64,000 nucleotides of DNA, from the NCBI GenBank assembly GCA_046046235.1, contig JBJOKF010000155.1, positions 3,947 through 67,946 of the forward strand, read 5' to 3'. This stretch comes from Planctomycetota bacterium. GTDB lineage: Bacteria; Planctomycetota; Planctomycetia; Pirellulales; UBA1268. The notes beneath the pieces are model-generated. The model did not search any database, was not told where the DNA came from, and worked only from the letters and a program-made list of their open reading frames with translations. Both the position numbers and the translations under genes were made by a program. How positions within the stretch are numbered: the stretch's first letter is position 1; every line of letters begins with the position of its first letter. Positions 16,501 through 25,685 of this stretch are shown here, piece by piece.

Positions 16501-17382
16501 ATGGTCGACGACGCCACCGACACCCCCGAAGTTCGCCAGATTCCGCCGCTCCTGGCCGGTCGCGCCGCCCGGGGGAATCCGGCGTCGACCTGGTCGCGCT
16601 GGCTGCAGGCGTCGGCGGAACGCCTGCTCGCAGGGGGCGTCGATCTCCTCTTTCCGCCGCGGTGCCCGATCTGTCGCCGCGAACTCGGTGCCGCACCGGC
16701 CGGGCGGCCTGAACCGTGCGGGGCGGAGGCCTTCGCGCCGGCCTGGGCTGCCCCGGTCTGCGGCCCATGCGAGCGCGAACTGGCCGCCGATCCGCCGCGG
16801 TGCCCCACCTGCGGCCGGCCGGCGGGCTCCGCGGGGAGTTGCCGGGAGTGCCGGCACCGGCCCTCCCCATGGCGGCAGATCGTCGTGCTGTCCGCCTACG
16901 ATGGAGGTTTGCGTGACGCGGTGCTGCGGGCCAAGCGGCCGTCGGGCGACGACGTGGCCGCGGCGCTCGCGACCCTGCTGGTCCGCAAGCATCGCGCGGC
17001 GCTCGAGGCGTGGGGGGTCGACCAGGTCGTGCCGGTGCCCATGCACTGGCTGCGCCGCAGCCTGCGGGGCACCAGTGCCGCCGACGAGATGGCCGCCCGC
17101 GTCGCAGCGGGCCTGCGCCGGCCCTGGTCGCGGGCGCTGGTGCGCCGCAAGGCCACGCGCATGCAGAACTCCTTGCCGCCCGCCGACCGTGCGGCCAACG
17201 TCGCCGGCGCGTTTGCCTGCCGCCGCTCCGTGACGGGCGCGCGGATTCTGCTGGTGGACGACGTGCTGACGACGGGCGCGACGCTCGCCGACTGCTGTCG
17301 GGCGCTGCGGGAGGGCGGAGCCGCGAGCATCGACGTGGCGGTGATGGCCCGTGCCGACGGCGCCTCGGGCGCAGCGGACTGA
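16501..17382 (+). CDS. comF: ComF-family protein (phosphoribosyltransferase domain with N-terminal Cys-rich zinc-finger region)
   Basis: LLFPPRCPICRREL...CGPCERE...CPTCGRP...CRECR Cys clusters and the PRPP-binding motif ILLVDDVLTTGATL. This is the C-terminal part of a longer spurious track ORF. Confidence 0.82.
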   Translation: MVDDATDTPEVRQIPPLLAGRAARGNPASTWSRWLQASAERLLAGGVDLLFPPRCPICRRELGAAPAGRPEPCGAEAFAPAWAAPVCGPCERELAADPPRCPTCGRPAGSAGSCRECRHRPSPWRQIVVLSAYDGGLRDAVLRAKRPSGDDVAAALATLLVRKHRAALEAWGVDQVVPVPMHWLRRSLRGTSAADEMAARVAAGLRRPWSRALVRRKATRMQNSLPPADRAANVAGAFACRRSVTGARILLVDDVLTTGATLADCCRALREGGAASIDVAVMARADGASGAAD

Positions 17383-17464
17383 GCGGCGGACGCCTGCGGT
17401 GGTGCCGGCGGACGAACGCTGCTGCGTCTGCTAGTCTTTTGCGCTGAAACGAGCCGCTGGGAAG

Positions 17465-18472
17465 GTGGCTCTCGCGCAGATGAAGAACGGCATGGAAATC
17501 CCCTCCCCACGTCCCGCAGCAAGTCGTCCCATTCGCGTGGGCACGCGGGCGAGCCTGCTGGCCCGCACGCAGACCGAGTGGTTCGTCGACCGGCTCCGCG
17601 GGCTGGGGCATGATGTCGAGATCGAGACGATCTCCACGCAGGGCGACAGCCGTGCGGACGTGCCGATCGCCGCGATCGGCGGAGACGGCGTCTTCGTCCG
17701 CGAACTCGAGCGGGCGCTGCTCGACCGGCGCATCGACGCAGCCGTCCATAGCCTCAAGGACATGCCCACGGCGGAGACGCCGGGCTTGGAGGTGGCCTGC
17801 GTGCCGGTTCGGGCGACTCCCTTCGACGTCCTCGTCGCCCGCTCGGCCTGCACGCTCGAGTCGCTCCCGCCCGGCGCCGTCGTGGGCACTTCCAGCGTGC
17901 GGCGGGTCGCGCAGGTGCGGGCGCTCCGCCACGATCTCGTCATCCGCCCGCTGCGTGGCAACGTCGACACCCGGCTCCGCCGGCTCGACGCGGGCGACTA
18001 CGACTGCCTCGTGCTGGCGGGTGCGGGGCTCGAGCGGCTCGCGCTCGGAGGCCGCATCACGCACGTGCTGCGGCCGGACGGCTTCTGGCCGGCCGTGTCG
18101 CAAGGGGCGCTCGGCGTGCAGATCCGCGCGGACGACGAGCGTCTCAGGACCGTCCTGTCCCCGCTCGACGACCCGGCCACGCACCGTGCCGTGCGGGCGG
18201 AACGCAGCTGCCTCGCCGCGTTGGCCGGCGGCTGCCTCGCGCCCATCGGCGGTTGGGCGCGGGAGGCGGCGGACGGCGGCCTCGTGCTCGGGGCGTGCGT
18301 CCTCGAGATCGATGGCGACGTCGTGCGCCGGGTCGTCGCCGAGGCGTCGACGACGATCCGCGACGAGGGCTGGCGGGCAGTGTCCGCGGCGGCTGATGCG
18401 CTCGGAAAGAGGGTGGCGGCGCTGCTGCTCGACCAGGGCGCCGATCGCATGCTGGCCCGGATGCGCGGCTGA
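17465..18472 (+). CDS. hemC: Hydroxymethylbilane synthase (porphobilinogen deaminase)
   Basis: IRVGTRASLLARTQTEW, GDGVFVRELERALLDRRIDAAVHSLKDMP, LRGNVDTRLRRLD and the CLAPIGG cofactor-Cys region. The start is uncertain (GTG 17465 or ATG 17480). Confidence 0.93.
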   Translation: MALAQMKNGMEIPSPRPAASRPIRVGTRASLLARTQTEWFVDRLRGLGHDVEIETISTQGDSRADVPIAAIGGDGVFVRELERALLDRRIDAAVHSLKDMPTAETPGLEVACVPVRATPFDVLVARSACTLESLPPGAVVGTSSVRRVAQVRALRHDLVIRPLRGNVDTRLRRLDAGDYDCLVLAGAGLERLALGGRITHVLRPDGFWPAVSQGALGVQIRADDERLRTVLSPLDDPATHRAVRAERSCLAALAGGCLAPIGGWAREAADGGLVLGACVLEIDGDVVRRVVAEASTTIRDEGWRAVSAAADALGKRVAALLLDQGADRMLARMRG

Positions 18473-18705
18473 CCGCCGCAATCGCAGCGGCGGGGTGGCT
18501 CGCTCGAGCGAGTGGCGGAGGGCCGCGCGGTTCGGAGAACGCTTGCAGTTTCGAACGGTTGTTTCAAAAAACTTGATTTGCTACGATTCGGTGAGGTCAG
18601 GTGCAAGGCGCTCGCCAGGGCCGTCGTGGCGGCCTCCCGCAGGTTCGAGCCGTGCATGTTTCCCGGCCCTCTTGATTCCGAACTTCCCCGAACACTGGGA
18701 CGCCG

Positions 18706-19338
18706 ATGTCGATCAAGCTCGTAATCGCCGATGATCATGAGGTGGTGCGCCGGGGCCTCGTCAGTCTGTTGGCCGGGTCCGACGTGAAGATCGTCGGCGA
18801 GGCTGCCAGCGGCGACGAGGCGATCAAACTCACCCGCAAGCTCAAGCCCGACGTGGTGCTGCTCGACATTCGCATGCAGGGGAAAGACGGCCTCGAGGCC
18901 CTCGAGCGGATCCGTGCCGACATGCCTGCCGTGCGGTGCGTGATGCTGTCGACGTTCGACAATCCCACGTACGTCGCCCGGGCCGTGGCGGCCGGTGCCC
19001 ACGATTACATGCTCAAGGGCTGCACGCGGGCCGAACTGATCAATTCGATCGCGGGCGCCGCCGCCGGCCAGTTGCCGATGAAGGCTGGCGAGCTGCGCCG
19101 GGTGGCCACGACGATGGCCAACCGTGTGGCCACGCCCGATCCGGACATCCCGCTCACGCAGCGGGAGACGCAGGTGCTCAGGCACATGGCGCTCGGGCTC
19201 TCCAACAAGGAGATCGCCCAGTCGCTGACGATCAGCGTCGAGACGGTCAAGGAGCACGTGCAAAACATCCTGCGAAAGATCGCCGTCGGCGATCGGACGC
19301 AGGCCGCCGTCTGGGCCGTCCGCCGCGGCCTGGTGTGA
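18706..19338 (+). CDS. NarL/FixJ-type response regulator (REC + LuxR HTH)
   Basis: LVIADDHEVVRRGL...DVVLLDIRMQGKDG receiver domain and C-terminal LTQRETQVLRHMALGLSNKEIAQSLTISVETVKEHV. No cognate kinase is adjacent. Confidence 0.92.
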   Translation: MSIKLVIADDHEVVRRGLVSLLAGSDVKIVGEAASGDEAIKLTRKLKPDVVLLDIRMQGKDGLEALERIRADMPAVRCVMLSTFDNPTYVARAVAAGAHDYMLKGCTRAELINSIAGAAAGQLPMKAGELRRVATTMANRVATPDPDIPLTQRETQVLRHMALGLSNKEIAQSLTISVETVKEHVQNILRKIAVGDRTQAAVWAVRRGLV

Positions 19339-19348
19339 GCGGCTTCAC

Positions 19349-19377
19349 GGCAAGGCTCGGCACCTGCCGACCTTGCC
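19349..19377 (+). terminator. GC-rich ~12-bp hairpin just after the response-regulator stop (U-tract weak)
   Basis: GGCAAGGcTCGGC-ACCT-GCCGACCTTGCC, 11 nt after the TGA at 19336-19338, in a convergent intergenic region. Only TT follows the stem. Confidence 0.4.
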
Positions 19378-19488
19378 TTGGCGAGTCTCCGCTCGCTGGA
19401 TCTCCGCGTCGCATCCATGCGACCATTCGGTGAGCAGGGCAGTCCCGCCGATCTCTCCTTGGCCATCGGCCCGGCTGAGCCCTGCGTG

Positions 19489-20421
19489 TCAGCGGGCCCG
19501 CGGATGGGCCTTGTCGAAGGCGTCGAGCAGCTTCGTCGTCGTGACGTGGGTGTAGATCTGCGTCGTGACGAGGCTCTTGTGGCCGAGCAGCTCCTGCACG
19601 CTGCGGATGTCGGCGCCGGCGTCGAGCAGGTGGGTGGCGAAGCTGTGGCGGAGCGTGTGCGGGCTCGCGCGGCGCGAGAGACCGGCCACCGCCAGGTGCT
19701 TCTCGAGCAGCCGTGCCACGCCGCGGACCGACAGCCGGCCGCCGAAGCGGTTGGTGAACAGCGGTTGTTGCGTCCGCGGGCCCGACCGCGCGGTCGTGAG
19801 TCGGGGGCGGGCCGCCAGCCAGGCCGAGAGCGCCGCGCGGGCGTGCGAGCCGACGATGCCGAGCCGCTCCCGCCGCCCCTTGCCACGCACCCGCACCGTG
19901 CCACCCCGGAGATCGAGATCGGAGTCGTCGAGGCTCACCAGCTACCTCACGCGGACGCCGGAGGAGTACATCAGCTCGAGGATCGCCCGGTCGCGCAGGC
20001 CGCCGGGCCGGCGTTCCTGCGGCGCCGCCAGCAGCCTGGCGATTTCCTCGCCGGTAAGAAACTTCGGCAGCTTCCGCGGCCGACGGGGGCTGCGGAGCGG
20101 CTTGGCGGGATTCGCCGGCACCCATCCCTCGCGTTGGCCGAACGCGAAGAAACTGCGGGTGCATGCCAGCTTGCGGGCCACGCTCGACGCTGCGTAGCCG
20201 GCGGCATGCAGTCCCGAAGCGAAACGGCGCAGGATCACGCTCGAGGCGTCGGCCGGTGAGCGGCAGCCCGCGGACCGCAGAAACTCCTCGAGCTGTCGGA
20301 GATCTTCGCGGTAGCTCTTGAGCGTCAGGGGAGAAGCGCCCCGCTCGGCGGCGAGGAACCGCAGGAAGCGGTCGATCGTCTCGGTGAAGGCGTCGCCCGC
20401 TGACGAGTGCCGCGAAGCCAT
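19489..20421 (-). pseudogene. XerC/XerD-family tyrosine recombinase interrupted by a single in-frame TAG (19942..19944)
   Basis: Two same-frame ORFs. 20421..19942 is the N-terminal SAM-like domain (LTLKSYREDLRQLEEFL). 19938..19489 is the catalytic domain ([28 protein letters not shown]). Read-through gives [16 protein letters not shown], which aligns with the family consensus GLRVSELVGL. Confidence 0.85.
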
Positions 20422-20472
20422 GGGTCGGCCGGAGCAGGACAGGATGGGGCGGCGGGAGGGGCCCCGGCCGGG

Positions 20473-20706
20473 TCAGGCCGGGCGGTCGGCCCGCGGAACG
20501 AAGCGGTGTCGCCTGGAGTGCGACCGGGTCCCTCGCACCTTCTGGGCGAGCATCGCGGCGTCGTACCAGGAGAAGCTGAGGTCGGGATCGGCCGCGTATC
20601 GAGCCAGCGTCCGCAACGTCTCCTCGCGGCTGTCGTCGTCGTAGAGGAACACATAGCGTTCCCCGCCCTTGACCAGCGCGATGACGTTGATGTCACGAGA
20701 GGCCAT
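20473..20706 (-). CDS. Small hypothetical protein (77 aa)
   Basis: ATG-initiated ORF (MASRDINVIALVKGGERYVFLYDDDSREETLRTLARYAADP...) 51 nt upstream of the xer gene on the same strand. Balanced composition in the first ~60 aa. Confidence 0.5.
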   Translation of the reverse strand: MASRDINVIALVKGGERYVFLYDDDSREETLRTLARYAADPDLSFSWYDAAMLAQKVRGTRSHSRRHRFVPRADRPA

Positions 20707-20981
20707 CTGCCGCCTACGGCTCGAGGTGCGCGACCGCACGCGCGGTCACTACCTCGGATATCGGCATCGCCGGCGCGGCCGTGCAGCCTTCCGTCGGTCC
20801 CCCGCCGGGTCGGCCTGATCCGGCCATAGTGCCGCGTCGCCGTGCGGGGATCGGCGGGGCCGGGGGGCGGGGCGGCGCGGGCGCGGTCGTCGGCCGGACG
20901 ACGCGGGGAGTTGCGCCGATCGGGACGGCCCGGCAGGCGGGCGGGGCGGGACGCCGCGGAGGCCCCGGGGCATCGGGAATC

Positions 20982-21665
20982 TCAAAAGAGGTCGGAGAAT
21001 CCGCGGAGCGCCACGGGCTCCCGGGACGAAAAGGGCTCTCCGTGCAGTGTGCCGATCGTCGCGCCCCACCAGCGCGATGCCGCCTCGACCCGGTCGAGCA
21101 CCGTCGGCTTCGCGGCGGTCTCGTCGAACTGACTGGCGTAGCAGGCGAGGCTCGCCCGCTTCGTCTCCCAGGTGTCGGACGTGTCGACCACGAAGGCGGG
21201 CGGCCGGACCAGTTTCAGGTGCACGCTCCAGTAGTAGAAGATCCTCTCCGGATGCCAGGGTTCGCCAGGCAGGTCGCACTTCGTCAGCTTCGCCCAGAAC
21301 CGGGCCGCCTCGACGAGCCTGGTCGCCGCGACGTGGTCGGGATGGGCGTCGATCCAAAACGGCGCGAACAGCCAGCGCGGCCGCACCCGTCGGATGGTGC
21401 CGGCCAGGGCCGCCCGGGCGGCGAGCGTCGCCCGGAGCCGGCGGTTCGGCAGGCCGAGATTTTCGCGCCAGGTGAGGCGGAGGACGTCGGTGGCCGCCGC
21501 CGTTTCCGCGGCCCGCACCGTGGGCGATCCGCGCGGCGTGGGCTCGCCGTCGGTCAGGTCGAGCACCCCCACCCGCAGGCCCCGCGCGAGCATCAGGGCG
21601 ATCGTCGCCCCCATGCCGATTTCGGCGTCGTCGGGATGCGGGGCGATGGCGAGCACGTCGAGCAT
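20982..21665 (-). CDS. PIG-L family deacetylase (LmbE/BshB-like)
   Basis: MLDVLAIAPHPDDAEIGMG and WIDAHPDHVAA are PIG-L zinc-site motifs. This is the C-terminal 227 aa of a 1361-aa track ORF that is otherwise antisense artefact. Confidence 0.85.
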   Translation of the reverse strand: MLDVLAIAPHPDDAEIGMGATIALMLARGLRVGVLDLTDGEPTPRGSPTVRAAETAAATDVLRLTWRENLGLPNRRLRATLAARAALAGTIRRVRPRWLFAPFWIDAHPDHVAATRLVEAARFWAKLTKCDLPGEPWHPERIFYYWSVHLKLVRPPAFVVDTSDTWETKRASLACYASQFDETAAKPTVLDRVEAASRWWGATIGTLHGEPFSSREPVALRGFSDLF

Positions 21666-21737
21666 CGGGGGAAGCCGGCTGTCGGCACCGGTCACGGGAG
21701 ATTGCGGGGCAGGGAAGAGGTCAGCATACTCTGCCCC

Positions 21738-23312
21738 ATGCCCTCGCACCCTGCCGCCGGCGGGACGCCGGAAGAACGCTTCACGACCGTCTGTGGCCAT
21801 GCCCGCCGGGCCGCCGTCCTGGCTTCGGTCGAGGCGGTCCTCGGCTGGGACGAGCAGACGATGATGCCGCGGCAAGCCGCCGCCCATCGCGGGTCGCAGG
21901 CCGAGGCGGTCGCGACGCTCGCGCACCGGCTCCGGACCGACCCGGCGCAGGGCGAGATGCTCGCCGCCCTCGCCGAGAGCGACCTCGCCCGCGAGGGATC
22001 GGCCGAGGTGCGGGCGACGATTCGGCTGCTGCACCAGGACTTCACCCGGCAGGCCCGGGTTCCCGAGCGGCTCGTGGGGGCGCTCGCCAAGACGTGCGTC
22101 GAGGCCCAGCACGCCTGGGCGGCGGCTCGCGCCGAGTCCTCCTGGCCCCGGCTCGAGCCCTGGCTGCAGCAGGTCTTCGACCTCAAGCGCGAACTGGCCG
22201 CCTGCCGGCTGCCCGCTGCCGATCCCTACGACAGCCTGCTCGACGAGTACGAACCGGGGGCTGACTGGCGGTCGATCGCGGCCGTGTTCGCCCGGCTGCG
22301 GGGGGCGATCGTCCCTCTGGTCCGGGGCTGCGCCGATGCGGCTCGCAAGCCCGACGACGGCGCCTGGCGGCGACTCTGCCCGATCGACCAACAGCGGGCG
22401 CTTGTGCGCGAGGTCGCCGCCCGGATCGGATTCGACTTCGACCGCGGCCGCCTCGACACCGCCGAACATCCGTTTTGTTCCGGCCTGGGGCCGCACGACT
22501 GCCGCATCACCACCCGCTGGGACGAGCGGTGGCTGCCGACGGCACTCTACGGAGTATTGCACGAGGCCGGCCACGCGCTCTACGAGCAGGGGTTGCCCAC
22601 CGACTGGTACGGCCTGCCGGCGGGCGAAGCCGCCTCGCTCGGCATCCACGAGTCGCAGTCGCGGCTCTGGGAAAACCTCGTGGGCCGATCGCCGGCCTTC
22701 TGGCGGTGGTGCACGGGTGTGGTCCGCCGGGCGTGTCCCGCCGGATTCGCCGACGCCGATGCCGATGCCGACACGCTCCAGCGCGGCCTGATGGTGGTCC
22801 GTCCGTCGTTCATCCGGGTCGAGGCCGACGAGGTCACGTACAACCTCCACGTCATGATGCGGTTCGACCTGGAACGCGCGGTCGTGCACGGCGATCTCGC
22901 CGTCCGCGATCTGCCGGACGCCTGGAACGAGCGGTTCGCGCGGGACTTCGGCATCACGCCCCCGTCCGCGGCGGAGGGCGTCCTGCAGGACATCCACTGG
23001 AGCGCCGGGCTCGTGGGCTACTTTCCCACCTATGCGCTCGGCAACATCTTCGCGGCCCAGTTGATGGTGGCGGCGCGTCGCGAACTCCCGGATCTCGATG
23101 AAGAGATGGCCGCGGGTCGCTTCGCCGGCCTGCTCGACTGGCTGCGACGAAATGTCCATGCTCTGGGCCGCCAGTTCGATTCGACAACGCTCGTGGAGCG
23201 GGCGACGGGGGAACCGGTCACGGAGCGGTACCTCGTCGAGAGCCTGTGGCGCCGCTACGGCGACGTGCACGGGCTGGCCCGGCCGGCGGAGGACGGCGCG
23301 GCGGGAACGTAA
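21738..23312 (+). CDS. Carboxypeptidase Taq-like metallopeptidase (M32 family)
   Basis: HEAGHALYEQG zinc motif, IHESQSRLWEN, GVLQDIHWS and GYFPTYALGN are M32 signatures. Start ATG 21738 lies within a longer track ORF. Confidence 0.9.
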   Translation: MPSHPAAGGTPEERFTTVCGHARRAAVLASVEAVLGWDEQTMMPRQAAAHRGSQAEAVATLAHRLRTDPAQGEMLAALAESDLAREGSAEVRATIRLLHQDFTRQARVPERLVGALAKTCVEAQHAWAAARAESSWPRLEPWLQQVFDLKRELAACRLPAADPYDSLLDEYEPGADWRSIAAVFARLRGAIVPLVRGCADAARKPDDGAWRRLCPIDQQRALVREVAARIGFDFDRGRLDTAEHPFCSGLGPHDCRITTRWDERWLPTALYGVLHEAGHALYEQGLPTDWYGLPAGEAASLGIHESQSRLWENLVGRSPAFWRWCTGVVRRACPAGFADADADADTLQRGLMVVRPSFIRVEADEVTYNLHVMMRFDLERAVVHGDLAVRDLPDAWNERFARDFGITPPSAAEGVLQDIHWSAGLVGYFPTYALGNIFAAQLMVAARRELPDLDEEMAAGRFAGLLDWLRRNVHALGRQFDSTTLVERATGEPVTERYLVESLWRRYGDVHGLARPAEDGAAGT

Positions 23313-23468
23313 GCCGACCTGTCGAACCGGACGGGAGGCCACGCACGGCGGAAAAACGGTCTTTTGCCGCCCCCGCGGCCGTCGATCCACGATGGTAGAC
23401 TGTCGAGCCAGGCTGCGGCCGTGTGGACGGTCGTGGATGCCCGGTATGCGCGTGGCGGGGATACCTCG

Positions 23469-25685
23469 ATGACGACCGACGACGACAAGCAGGTGCCCGA
23501 TCCGGATCCTTGGGCGGGGCTGGATGTCGGCGGAGCGGATGGTGAGGCGGAGGAAATGACCTTTTCCTTCGAGGAGTTCACCGAGCCTGTGGCCGATGAG
23601 CCGCTCGGCGGGCCCGGCGCCCTGGCGTCGGCGCCGGAGGAACACGGCGCCGACGCCGCAGATTCGCGGGATGCCTTTCCCGATGAACCCACGCCGCGCG
23701 ACGTGCCGCTGGCAGTGTTTCCGCCGGCCGACGCCGGCGACAGCGACCTCGATCAGGCGCCGGCGGAGTTCGGCGCAGCCGACGTCGACCGCGATCCGGC
23801 AGGGCCGTCGCCCGTGCTCTCCTTCTCCGCGGGCGAGGCGCCGGAGGCGGCCGACCAGGCAGGCGAGAGCGCCTGGGATGCCGCCCTCGCCGAAGTTGGG
23901 GACGACGCCGATTCGGTGCGGGACGACGCGGGCTTCGCTGCCGAGGCCTTCGACGACCGCCGTCTTGCGGAGGAGTTGGCCGCGATGGACGACGACGCCG
24001 ATGCAGCGGCGCCATCCGATGCGGCCGACTTCGGCGACCTCGATGCCGATTCCAGCACGCCCTCGGAGGATCTGTCGTTCGACACCGTCGCCGGCACCGC
24101 GGCATCGCCGTTCGCCGATCGCAGTGACGACGGCCCCTTCGAGCAGATGGCGGTCGGCGACGACGCGTTCCCGGCGGTGGCGGGGGAAGCGTCCGAGAGC
24201 GAGGGCGACGCGGTCGCGTCGATTCCGCTGACGGCGGCCGTCGCCGCCGCGTCCGGGCAGGCTGCCGCCTCCGCGGGGAAGCCGAAGAAGAAGTCGAGCG
24301 GCTTCGGAACGGCGCTGGGCGTGGTGGGGGGCGGGTTGCTGGCGCTGCCTCTGACCTACGCCATCCTCCTGTGGGGCCTGCAGAAAGATCCGTTCAAGCT
24401 CGGTCGTCATCTGCCGCAGTCGATCCTCCCGGCGGCGGTGCGGGCGGGCGCGAAGCCGGCCCGCAAGCGCGCGGCGGCCCCCGTACTCGATGCGGCCAGG
24501 TCGCTCGACTCGCTGCCGGTGGCCGATGCCGAGTCGGCAGCGGCGACGCAACCCGCCGTCGAACAGGCCACGGCCGCGGCGGATCCGGCGCCGGGGGCCG
24601 CCTCGGAAGAAGAGGCCGGCGGCGAGGCCAAGCCCGAGATGGCGACGGCGACCACTGAGCCGTCTCACCCGGCTTCGAACGATGCGGCGCCGCCGCCCGC
24701 GGTCGAGCCCGCAGGCACCCCGGCGGAGCCCGCGACGGTGGCGGTCGCCGTGCCGGCCCCGAGCATCGCCCCGCCATCCGACTTGGCTCCACCGCCCGAC
24801 ATCACGCCGCCTTCGGCACTGGCCGTCCCGACGCCGTCCGAGCCGCTCGCCCCGGCGGCCGAGCCGGCCGTGCCGGCGGCTGCAGCGGCGATGCCGAAGG
24901 AAGACGCGCTGGCAAGCCTTGACGCGCTGGTGGCGAAGCCGGCCACCGAACTGCCGGCCGCCCCGCCGGCCGCCCCGCCGGCAGAGCCTCTTTCGCCCCT
25001 CGATGTCACCGCCGTCGAAGACGCGACCGCGACCGTCGCGGAGGCGCTCGATTCGATCGAGGCCCATCCGGCCGACGACACCGTCGGCCGCGATCGCCTG
25101 CTCGTGGGCTGCTATCGCCGGCTCGCCAAGCTCGGCGAAGAACTCGTCCGCCTACAGACCGAGGCCTTCGACTCCGGCCGGCCGGTCGAGGCGACCCCCG
25201 CCGCCGCCGCCGGACTGCTCGATCGCATCGCCACGAGTGATCGGACCCTGGCGGATATCGAAACGCTCGGGGGGATGTGGATCACGAGCGCGACGCGGCG
25301 GGCCGACGGCGCGAGTCTCGTGGCGGATGTGGTGGCGACACGACAGGTCGGTCCCTACTGGAGCACGAAGGTGCTGGTTCCGGCCGGCAATGCCGACGGC
25401 TCCGCGCGGGAAGTTTCGGTCATCTCGCGCGAGGCTCCGCCGGTCGAGGCGGCCACGGGCCGTGTGCTCGTCACCGGTGTGCTCTTCGACGGTGGGGCGT
25501 TTTGGGCGGCCGACATCAGGCCGGTGCAGGGCAGTCCGGCCGCAGCAGCGGCCGATGCCGTGCCGGCAACGCCGGATCGAGAGGGCGATCCCGTCGAACT
25601 TCCGGCGGCGCCCGTGTCCCCCGCGCCCGCCGAGACGCCGGCGCCGGAGGCAGCCCCCCCGGCTGATGCCGGCGGCACGTTTTGA
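23469..25685 (+). CDS. Hypothetical single-pass membrane protein: ~300-aa highly acidic N-terminal region, one TM helix, Pro/Ala-rich linker, ~200-aa C-terminal domain
   Basis: D/E/A-rich N-terminus, KKKSSGFGTALGVVGGGLLALPLTYAILLWGL as the TM segment, then a PAxP-rich stretch. The stop TGA (25683-25685) overlaps the amidase ATG. The start is uncertain (ATG 23469 chosen). Confidence 0.65.
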   Translation: MTTDDDKQVPDPDPWAGLDVGGADGEAEEMTFSFEEFTEPVADEPLGGPGALASAPEEHGADAADSRDAFPDEPTPRDVPLAVFPPADAGDSDLDQAPAEFGAADVDRDPAGPSPVLSFSAGEAPEAADQAGESAWDAALAEVGDDADSVRDDAGFAAEAFDDRRLAEELAAMDDDADAAAPSDAADFGDLDADSSTPSEDLSFDTVAGTAASPFADRSDDGPFEQMAVGDDAFPAVAGEASESEGDAVASIPLTAAVAAASGQAAASAGKPKKKSSGFGTALGVVGGGLLALPLTYAILLWGLQKDPFKLGRHLPQSILPAAVRAGAKPARKRAAAPVLDAARSLDSLPVADAESAAATQPAVEQATAAADPAPGAASEEEAGGEAKPEMATATTEPSHPASNDAAPPPAVEPAGTPAEPATVAVAVPAPSIAPPSDLAPPPDITPPSALAVPTPSEPLAPAAEPAVPAAAAAMPKEDALASLDALVAKPATELPAAPPAAPPAEPLSPLDVTAVEDATATVAEALDSIEAHPADDTVGRDRLLVGCYRRLAKLGEELVRLQTEAFDSGRPVEATPAAAAGLLDRIATSDRTLADIETLGGMWITSATRRADGASLVADVVATRQVGPYWSTKVLVPAGNADGSAREVSVISREAPPVEAATGRVLVTGVLFDGGAFWAADIRPVQGSPAAAAADAVPATPDREGDPVELPAAPVSPAPAETPAPEAAPPADAGGTF

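Noticed and set aside
15017-18481. 1154-aa minus-strand ORF (also 46002..49193 and 50766..52961)
   Set aside because: These are antisense to comF/hemC, aceE and sucA respectively, with proline/arginine-dominated translations. The opposite-strand genes carry unambiguous enzyme motifs.
18559-18587. Possible sigma-70-like promoter TTGTTT-N17-TACGAT in the AT-richer region upstream of the NarL-type regulator
   Set aside because: The match to consensus is weak (3/6 and 4/6), and planctomycete promoter rules are poorly known. This is not enough support to annotate.
20846-20872. G-quadruplex-type motif GGGG-N6-GGGG-N2-GGGGGG-N1-GGGG on the plus strand, in the gap between the PIG-L gene and the small ORF
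   Set aside because: G-runs like this are expected at high frequency in such GC-rich DNA. Nothing ties this one to a function.
20982-25067. 1361-aa minus-strand ORF
   Set aside because: Only the last 227 aa (20982..21665, PIG-L deacetylase, starting MLDVLAIAPHPDD) look like a real protein. The remainder is antisense to the M32 carboxypeptidase and the acidic membrane protein and is Arg/Gly-rich.
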